From contig OX597825.1 of assembly GCA_951406725.2 (NCBI GenBank), positions 23,932,001 through 23,996,000 on the forward strand: a stretch of 64,000 nt of DNA. Reading direction: 5' to 3'. A program made the position numbers and the translations under genes. The stretch comes from Octopus vulgaris. Lineage: Eukaryota. A model generated the notes under the pieces. That model searched no databases and had not been told where the DNA came from. It saw nothing but the letters and a program-made list of their open reading frames with translations. Shown here one piece after another: positions 55,024-64,000 of this stretch (position 1 is the stretch's first letter; each line of letters opens with the position of its first letter).

Positions 55024-55253
55024 TTCTTTACTACCCACAAGGGGCTAAATACAGAGAGGACAAACAAGGACAGACAAACGGATTAAGTCGATCAGATCGA
55101 CCCCAGTGCGCAACTGGTACTTAATTTATCGACCCCGAAAGGATGAAAGGCAAAGTCGACCTCGGCGGAATTTGAACTCAGAACGTAACGGTAGACGAAA
55201 TACGGCCACGCATTTCGCCCGGCGTGCTAACGTTTCTGCCGGCTCGCCACCTT
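55024..55253 (-). mobile_element. SINE group B monomer
   Basis: Single complete unit of the group B sequence. Confidence 0.9.
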
Positions 55254-55866
55254 ATACATACATATATACTAATACATGCAGGTGTGGCTGTGTGGTAAGA
55301 AGCTTTCTTCGCAACCACAAGTTCTTTGGTTCAGTCTAAATATGTGGGATCTTTGGAAAGTGTCTTCTAGTCTTCTAGTCTTCTAGAATAGCCTTGGTAC
55401 GACCAAAAACTTGTGAGTGGATCTGGCAGCCGTAAACTGAAAGAAGCCCATCGTATATTTGTGTGTGTGTACGTGTGTGTATGTTTAGTAAGGCATGGGT
55501 GAGTGTGTGAATGTATCATTGTGTCTTCCCCCACCATCACTTGACAACTGATGGTTGTGTGTTTACGTCCTCATAATCTAGCGGTTCAACGAAATAGAAC
55601 GATAGAATAAGTAACACTACTTGACAAATATGTCCTGGGGTCGATTCATTCGACTAAAACTCTTCGACGCAGCGCCCCACCATAGGCAGGGTCTAATAAC
55701 TGAAATATACGACAAACGGTAAGATACTTAGATAGATAGACAGTGAGACAGAGAGACAGACAGATGAATAAATAGATAAATAAATAAAGAGTACATACAG
55801 ACACACAGACAGACACACAGACAGACAGACAGATAGACACACAGAAAGACAAATAACTGGATAGAT

Positions 55867-55925
<59 letters not shown>

Positions 55926-55928
<3 letters not shown>

Positions 55929-56129
55929 GTGACCTCGTGTGTACCGTTGGCGATTTTTTTCCTCTGTCTTCCCTTCTCGGGATCTTTCCTTCTCCTATGT
56001 TTCCGACGAAGAGCTACGCTCGAAACGTTAAACCCTCCTTCTTCCCTTCTTTCCTGAGCGTCCAATAATACTATATTTGTTCCACGTCCTCGCGTTGTTG
56101 TGTTTTTTTGTGTTTTCTTGTTTGGATTA

Positions 56130-56133
<4 letters not shown>
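55926..56133 (+). mobile_element. Penelope-type short element with hammerhead (55999-56033)
   Basis: GTTT-CCGACGA-A-GAGC-TAC-GCTC-GAAA-C-GTT-AAAC; (TA)n on both sides; near-identical to 27957-28158. Confidence 0.8.
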
Positions 56134-56209
<76 letters not shown>

Positions 56210-56294
56210 GTGTGTGTGTGTGTGTGTATAACGATATTATATTTGTTACGGATAGAATTTCATGCCACTTCACATTTTTCCACGAGTTATTTGA

Positions 56295-56685
56295 ATTAAT
56301 GCGGCCGGATACGTTAAGGTACTGGTGACAGAAGTTGAGCCCTGCGTGGATTAGTTAGAAAATGAAAAGTCATACATGCTTCACTACTTTCCCATAAATC
56401 CGACGTTAGCCAAGAATTGATGGCAGACAATATTTATGTCAATTTAACGTCAAACTTGTGGACACCAAACTTGCCAGATTTAAATCCCATAGATTACTAC
56501 ATTTAGAGTTTTATTGAAAGCGTGACTGATCAACATACCTACAATACCATACCACAGCTTCGCGGAATGCCGTCATTGTTTAGATGGTGTTCGAAAAGAA
56601 TAGGGAACCTTTAGTGTACGCATGTCAAGGATTCAAGTCGTGTATAGAAACGGCCATCGAAAAGGAAGGCGGATTCATAGAGTAA
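56295..56685 (+). pseudogene. Tc1/mariner-superfamily transposase C-terminal fragment
   Basis: NAAGYVKVL, WTPNLPDLNPIDYYI (cf. WPPNSPDLNPLDY), ACQGFKSCIETAIEKEGGFIE-stop. Confidence 0.75.
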
Positions 56686-56780
56686 TCTTATGAGAAATCG
56701 TGTCGAGAGCATGTGCACAAAATATTATTTAGAGTTCTTTAATTAAATCACCGAAAATTAACCTCAAATATCCCTCGAAA

Positions 56781-56843
<63 letters not shown>

Positions 56844-57028
56844 GTGTACATTTAAACACAAGAGAAACTACCTTTAACAGGTAATTTTACACGCTAGAAG
56901 AAGCAGTCAAAACGACCGAAACTACATTTGAAAGCAATTTCGAAGGGAATGAAAAATAAAAAAAAATTACCTAATTTTTTTACGGTTATACCTAAGTTTC
57001 AAATTTTTTTAGCGAATAACATTATATA

Positions 57029-57059
<31 letters not shown>

Positions 57060-57133
57060 GTATGTATGAATGTATGTATGTATGTATATATGTATGTATA
57101 TATATATATATATATATACACATATATATATAC

Positions 57134-57182
<49 letters not shown>

Positions 57183-57460
57183 TTGATTTTCGACAAAGAC
57201 TTCTAATTTTTCCATATACGACCGTTGTAAAATGTATTGATTATTACAACATCCAGCCTTCCCATTTCTCCATGTGTCTCTGCTAAATGGTAGTATTTAA
57301 AAAATCAATAAGCAGTGTATTGATTTAAATAGACGATTTAATAATAAAACGTATTTCTTCTTTCACATACTTGCACAGATCCCATATTAAATACACACTC
57401 TCTCTCTCTCACAAACACACACACATACACGCTTACATACTACACGTAGTCACACATATA

Positions 57461-57643
57461 CTAGGGGTTGCTGAAAAGTTTCTGGCTTTGGGTAAAGGAA
57501 AATACGGGAGGATCAGCTAATTATGATTCTGTTCAATATATTCATTTTATTCACGTTTACGCTCTTATTGCAGTGGACCTTCAAGTTTTCTAAGCTCTGT
57601 GGAAAAATAGCCTTAAAGCCAGGAACTTTTCAGTAACCCCTTG
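57461..57643. mobile_element. mariner-like MITE
   Basis: TIRs CTAGGGGTTGCTGAAAAGTTTCTGGCTTT / AAAGCCAGGAACTTTTCAGTAACCCCTTG with TA flanks. Confidence 0.85.
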
Positions 57644-57904
57644 TATTTGTGTGCGTGTGTGTGTGTGCGCGCGCGTGCGTGTGTGTGTGTGTGCGTACGT
57701 GTGTGTGTGTGTGTGCGTGCGTGTGTGTACCAAGAGACAGATTAACACACCGTGATGCAGTATTATTTTCTACTCTAGGCACAAGGCCCGACATTTAGGG
57801 GGTGGGGGCTAGTCGATTAAATCGACCCCAGTACGCAACTGGTACTTAATTTATCGACTCCGAAAGGATGAAGAGCAAAGTCAACCCTGGCGGAATTTGA
57901 ACTC

Positions 57905-58292
57905 TGACAGGACCTTTCTCTTGGCTGAGAGAAGTGTGGAGGATAATCCTCGATGCAAGGCTTCTGGCATAGCAGAACAAGTTGATGTCAGTCCCAGAAT
58001 ATCTCTTAGGTAACTCCACAAACTTAGTTACTATGGCAAAGCAGCAATAAAGAAGCCGCTTCTACGACCAGCCAACATCAAGCAGATAAAAGATTGGACC
58101 AGTGAGATGGTGGAGAGGCCATTAGCAATTGGGAACGCTGTCACATTCTCTGATGAGTCCAGATTTGCTATATTTCCGGATAATGGTCAACTGTGGGCCT
58201 GGAGACTCTGTGTTCAAGAATTTGATGTGAAAAGATTGCAACCAATAATGAAACACGGTAGCTATACTATGATGGTCTGGGGAGCAATGGCT
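57905..58292 (+). pseudogene. Tc1-like transposase fragment
   Basis: KKPLL..W..VTFSDESRF...KHGSYTMMVWG. Confidence 0.85.
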
Positions 58293-58348
58293 GATCATAC
58301 ATACATACACACATACAAACTCACATACATACATAGATACATATATAC

Positions 58349-58404
<56 letters not shown>

Positions 58405-59089
58405 GACGGGCTTCCGAATAGTTTCTGTCTATCAGATACACTCACTAGCTATCGGTCGATCCTGAACTACGTTTGAAGTCATTTGTTCCTGATGGCGCAC
58501 AGTGGGACCTAATCCGAAACCGTGTGATGTAATAAGCGAGTGAATGATAGATGGGCGGACAAATACCTAAATTCCATGTTTCCATCTTCAAGTATTTCAG
58601 GTGCAAAACAGGTTTTCTTTAAATTAAGCTAAAGCTAATCCGTTTCCGTAATCCTTAAGAATTATTCGGGGATTTAAGGAGACATATTGATCTGAGTGGA
58701 ATGTTGATTTATCATCTCAGAAGATTTATCTCGCAGGAGGAATGAACTCTATATTACAAGATAACAAACCTTACATCATTTTCATATTGCTGTTTCTGTT
58801 ATTAGTTGCCAAACGAATCAGGGATATAATGCTGTTCACAAAATACGAACCCTTAGCCTCTTCATTCAGTTTTTGTCATCCAAGAATAAAGTTTTTGTCA
58901 TCCATGAAAAAGTATAAGGCAAAGTAATCTCTCCTCGTGTTCTATAAAATATGGCTTCGTTGTTCAAATTGCATTGTATAAGACATAATGTGGAATATTT
59001 TTTCGATTGGTAAGAATAATCGATTCTATTCAGATTTTCTTGGATGACAAAAACTGCATCATCTTTGATAAAATAATCAACAAGTACAT

Positions 59090-59918
59090 AACGGTTTCAA
59101 ATTTTGACACGAGGCCAGCAATCTTAATGGGAGGGTTTGAGCCGATTGTATCGACCCCAGTGTTTGACTGGTGATTTATCGTCTCCAAAAGGATGAAAAG
59201 TAAAGTTGACATCGATGGGATTTTAACAGAGAATGTAAAGAGCTGGAAGAAATACCTATTTCTTTACTACCCACAAGGGGCTAAACAGAGAGAGGACAAA
59301 CAAAGACAGACAAACGGATTAAGTCGATTATATCGACCCCAGTGCGTAACTGGTACTTATTTAATCGACCCTGAAAGGATGAAGGGCAATGTCGACCTCG
59401 GCGGAATTTGAACTCAGAACGTAGCGGCAGACGAAATACCCATTTCTTTATTACCCACAAGGGGCTAAACATAGAGGGGACAAACAAGGACAGACATGCG
59501 GATTAAGTCGATTACATCGACCCCAGTGCGTAACTGGTACTTAATGTATCGGCCCCGAAAGGATGAAAGGCAAAGTCGACCTTGGCGGAATTTGAACTCA
59601 GAACGTAGCGGCATCGAAATACCTATTTCTTTATTACCTACAAGGGGCTAAACACAGAGGGGACAAACAAGGACAGACATAGGTATTAAGTCGATCACAT
59701 CGACCCCAGTGCGTAACTGGTACTTAATTTATCGACCCCGAAAGGATGAAAGGCAAAGTCGACTTCGGCGGATTTGAACTCACAACGTAACGCAGACGAA
59801 ATACCGCTAAGCATTTCGCCCGGCGTGCTAACGTTTCTGCCAGCTCGCCGTTTCTGCCAGACGAAATACCGCTAAGCATTTTGTCCGACGCACTATCGAT
59901 TCTACAAGCTTGCCGCCT
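59090..59918 (-). mobile_element. SINE group B array: three young units nested in an old copy
   Basis: Junctions at 59256, 59440, 59623; diverged head at 59857-59918 and diverged body at 59090-59256. Confidence 0.9.
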
Positions 59919-61040
59919 AACTCGCCTGACTCACTATAATTTTAACTATGTGCCAGCTAACTACCTGACAGCTTTATTTAGAAGGGAAAAGGTAGAATGT
60001 TGTGGCTTTCAAGCCTTTCCCAATGTTATTCTCATCATGAAGGTATATGAAAACACTTCCACCAGAGAGATATTGAGATTGCTTCATTCTCTCGGTTTGC
60101 CAAGAGTATATCTTTTGATCATTCGTTGACAATTCAACGAGTTCATCATTAAAGATCTGAACTATATAACCCTCAAATAAAAGTGTTGTTAAATGTTTAA
60201 CATTGCTGACCTCAAAATGTCTGCTATCGCTGTATTAAAATTTTAAAAAACAGTGTTGTTCAATGCTTTGACATTGCTGTATTTAAATTTGAAAAAGATT
60301 AATCCTCAGCTACGCTATCGTTAGGCATTCTATCTTTAGCGTTCATGTCGTTCCATGCCTGATATTACTGTATTTAAATTTTTGACATAGTAGTATGGAA
60401 GCTCACGCTGTTACAGCGCGTCGCTGCATCCATCATTTGTTTTAGCGATTCTCTACTCCTGGCGAATAACACCTTTGCACCTCTCAAGCGAAAACCCTTC
60501 AACCCATGGCTCTGTTTGGGTTGTAGTTGCTGGTGAGATTTTTTAGGAGTCGGAGTGCAAAAGCTGCCCCAAGCTCTTCTAGTTGCCTCTCAAGACACGC
60601 AAAGAAAACGTTGGGTCTTTTCTTTGATATGCCGGTCCCTGTGCAGTCGAGAAAAATTAACTGATGTGTTTTGCTCAGGAACACAATACGTTGCTCGATC
60701 CGGGAACCGAACTTACTGTCCGGCGATCGTGAATGGAACGTTTTAACCTCTCAACTATACGCCTTCACAACAGAGCTGGGGGTCTTTTCTGTTACTGCAA
60801 CAGGTTTTGAAATTTTAAAATTAAGTGAACATTTTCTAATTTGGTATACTAATGTAGTTTTTCACGCTGGGTTTGATTTTGTTATTCATTTGTTTCAAAT
60901 ACACTTCTCTACTACAACGAGGTTTCATTAGAAAATGAAAATAGTTTCACACTTTCAATTTGAACTAAATTACAAAGTGTTGCATTACGAGAGTGACGAT
61001 GTGTGAATAATGAAAGTAATGTTTCTCCGAATTAGTCACA

Positions 61041-62502
61041 TCTATATTATAATAAAGAAAACTGCTTATTATCTATCAACGGAATAAACTAAGTTTTTGA
61101 CTCAACAACTCTTCTATACAACTAAAATAACCTCGGCAACTAGGTTGGGTCGACAGTTTTGAGGTCATTTTCGGACAATATTTTGATTTGCATCTAATGT
61201 TTCACACATACGTAGAATTCTACTCAGATGAACATTTACGAAAATATACACATAAATATTGTATTAAAGTAAGCCGCAACCAAAACAATTGCATTAAAAA
61301 CATACAGTCTCACTCGCACACATTCTCTATCTCACATACACACACGCACACACACTCACATATACACGCACAAAAAGATGTATGCATATGTATTTATGAG
61401 GGAAGGTGAAAACCCGGTGTTTAGGGTTAGGGTTAGGGTTAGAGTTACGCCGAAAACGCACACACGTCCATTTCATATACACGTACATCTTTTTTACTTT
61501 CTCCTCTCACTTCAAAGCAAATGTCATCTTTTCACTTTATCCCCTCTGTTTTGCTCTCTTCAAAGCATACACAAATTAAAACATTATCAACCGAATCGTT
61601 GTGTTAACAACAAACAAGACGAGGACAAATATCCGTCAATTGTAAATAATGTAAATAATTGTGTGGGAATTAACGAACAATCATATGATCCCATAAATGT
61701 CGAGCTGATAACTTTGCTTCTTCAATCGAAAGAGCGCAAAAATATACTTCCTTTGACAGACACACGCATACACATATTCTAGGGAAAACTCCTGTGCGAA
61801 TAATGTTAATTCTTGCAACGTGCACGCGCAAATTTAAAGCTCAAATCCAATAGAAATGATGTTTTCTATCATGTAATTTGCGTTTGTGATGAGCGTATTT
61901 AAAAACCTGATCTTCGATATGAACTTAAAAGGAAGTTTTCCCAGAAATCCTGTCCTTTACCTCTTCTTTCTAGCATGTCCGAGGTGATATTCCCGCCCCG
62001 CCTTATTTTTTCCCTAAATTTCTTCCGATTCCTATGTTTGCGATACACGAGATTAGGATTTCACCTACAAAACGCGTTCTCAATATTTTAATTTTCTCCC
62101 TCTCCACAGCAAATTATTTTTTACTCTTTTCAAATTTTTATTCTTGGTAATCCATGAAGAAAAAACAGAGAGTACGAATCTTTAAGAATGTTACCCATCG
62201 CCTCACCACTTTCAAAAGGCTACTCCCATTGTTTCACTTTTAACGGTTTGGAAAGCGGGGAGGTTTCTTCAGAAATAATGACGTTTACCCATTGCTTCTA
62301 GCATGTCGGGTTTTTTTGTGGTGATCTGGTATCTTTTAAGTCTACTATTTCAGTAAAATTCTACACATGCAGTTAACATCAAACTAAGGTGAAAGAGTAG
62401 GATATTTTAGCTTTTTGAAAACTGGTAGGTGATGGCTGGATGAAGTGTGGGAAGAGGCATTGAGTGTTTCTTTAAGAAAAATTAAACTACCATATATATA
62501 TG

Positions 62503-62567
<65 letters not shown>

Positions 62568-62901
62568 CCCAGATTCGTAATCTCTGTATTTTTCAATGTA
62601 GATAACAAAAACAAATGTTACAAGTTAAGAAATTGCGGTGTGGATAGGGGGAAATAAAAATTTTGAAAACGTGATTTCTGCACAAAATCGTATTCACTCC
62701 TTTTTATACGATGAAACAATACATAATCTCTGATCCTTCATAAGAACAGAAAGCATTTGCTTGTAAACCCATGGAAATTGTACCCTCGTCCTTCACTATT
62801 AAACAAACAATAACTTCTATTAATTCTTCCCATAAGGAGTAAATAATACAACGTACTTGTAGAGGCCTTAAGACCCGGGTAACGCCGGGATGCATTGCTA
62901 G
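61041..62901 (+). mobile_element. putative non-autonomous Helitron
   Basis: A|TCTATATTATAATAAAG start and CCCGGGTAACGCCGGG hairpin plus CTAG|T end; that both ends belong to one element is inferred. Confidence 0.5.
61421..61447. repeat. short interstitial (TTAGGG)n
   Basis: TTAGGGTTAGGGTTAGGGTTAGAGTTA. Confidence 0.85.
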
Positions 62902-62918
62902 TTAGTGTGTGTGTCTAT

Positions 62919-63338
62919 TACTCTTTTACTCTTTTACTTGTTTCAGTCATTTGACTGTGGCCATGCTGGAGCACCTTTAGTCGAGCAAATCGACCCCAGG
63001 ACTTATTCTTTGTAAGCCAAGTACTTATTCTATCGGTTCTTTTGCCGAACCGCTAAATTACGGGGACGTAAACACACCAACATCGGTTGCCAAGCAATGT
63101 TGGGGGACAAACACAGACACAGAAACATACACACACACATACACACACATATATATATATATACACATATATACGACGGGCTTCTTTCAGTTTCCGTCTA
63201 CCAAATCTACTCACAAGGCTTTGGTCGGCCTGAGACCATAGTAGAAGACACTTGCCCAAGGTGCCACGCAGCGGGACAGAACACGGAACCATGGGGTTCG
63301 TAAGCAAGCTACTTACCACACAGCCACTCCTACGTCTA
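62919..63338 (-). mobile_element. SINE group A
   Basis: Similarity to the other group A copies. Confidence 0.9.
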
Positions 63339-64000
63339 TGTATATATTTCTAAAATTTCTGTATGTGTGTGTATTTTTGTGTATGTATGTATGTATGTAT
63401 GTATGTCGCACGTATCTATCTGTTCACGGTTATGTGTGCGCGAGTAAGATGTTAGTAAGATATGAAGTATTGTTTGTAGAACTGGGTTGGAAAAAGATGG
63501 TATGATGAAGAATGATTGCAATAAATATGCTTGAAATGCAGAAGTCGTTACTTTGATGAATACTTTTCCTGTTCACGTTTCAATTGTAACCTCATGAAAA
63601 AGGAAGAGAGATTCTCATTGTCCAGAATATATGTCATATCGCAGAAGATATAAATCTCGTGTTGAAGCAAATAAACTCATATGTAGGACAGAGTTTATAT
63701 CTTGTCGTTTTTATGAACTAATGCCATATATTGAATATATTGTTTACAAATATTGCTTTAACGCTGACAGCACACGAGAGATGAATGGAAATATTTAAAG
63801 AGAAAGAATAAGATAAATCATTATTTTCAATGGGTGAAAGTATCACTGTAATTTCCAGTGGGGAAAATCGACATAATCGATGATCAATCAATACAGATAG
63901 ACACCGCTTTGAAATTCACACAATAAGGATGATTAAGAAGGTGAGAGAGACACATGCATATCTGCACACCAACAAACATACATGCATAAACAAACATATA

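Noticed and set aside
56890-56930. CTAGAAGA..GTC..GACC-GAAAC hammerhead-like motif
   Set aside because: Core altered, and no stem I or stem III pairing

Overview
This is AT-rich, microsatellite-saturated eukaryotic non-coding DNA. The SINE families look like those of an octopod cephalopod, which is recognition only and unverified. I find no intact host gene, and almost all of the ORF track is translation of (TA)n, (CA)n, (TATG)n and (AAT)n repeats or of SINEs. The window is a transposon graveyard: three tRNA-derived SINE groups, CR1-like and RTE LINE fragments, mariner/Tc1 remnants and MITEs, Helitron pieces, and one decayed Penelope-like RT (plus a possible second). The main hidden structure is a dense set of minimal type-I hammerhead ribozyme motifs (stem I-CUGANGA-stem II-GAAA-short palindromic stem III-UH-stem I'). 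They belong to about ten unrelated short element families, mostly sit next to (TA)n tracts, and often form head-to-head inverted repeats, as expected for non-autonomous Penelope-like elements. Highlights: (1) a tRNA-headed, Pol III-type short element with a hammerhead tail, inserted as a 630-bp palindrome with a 10-bp target duplication; (2) a recurrent U4C (CCGANGA) hammerhead core variant in three families; (3) a SINE that repeatedly inserts at the same nucleotide inside its own family head. All coordinates were read by eye and are approximate to a few bases.
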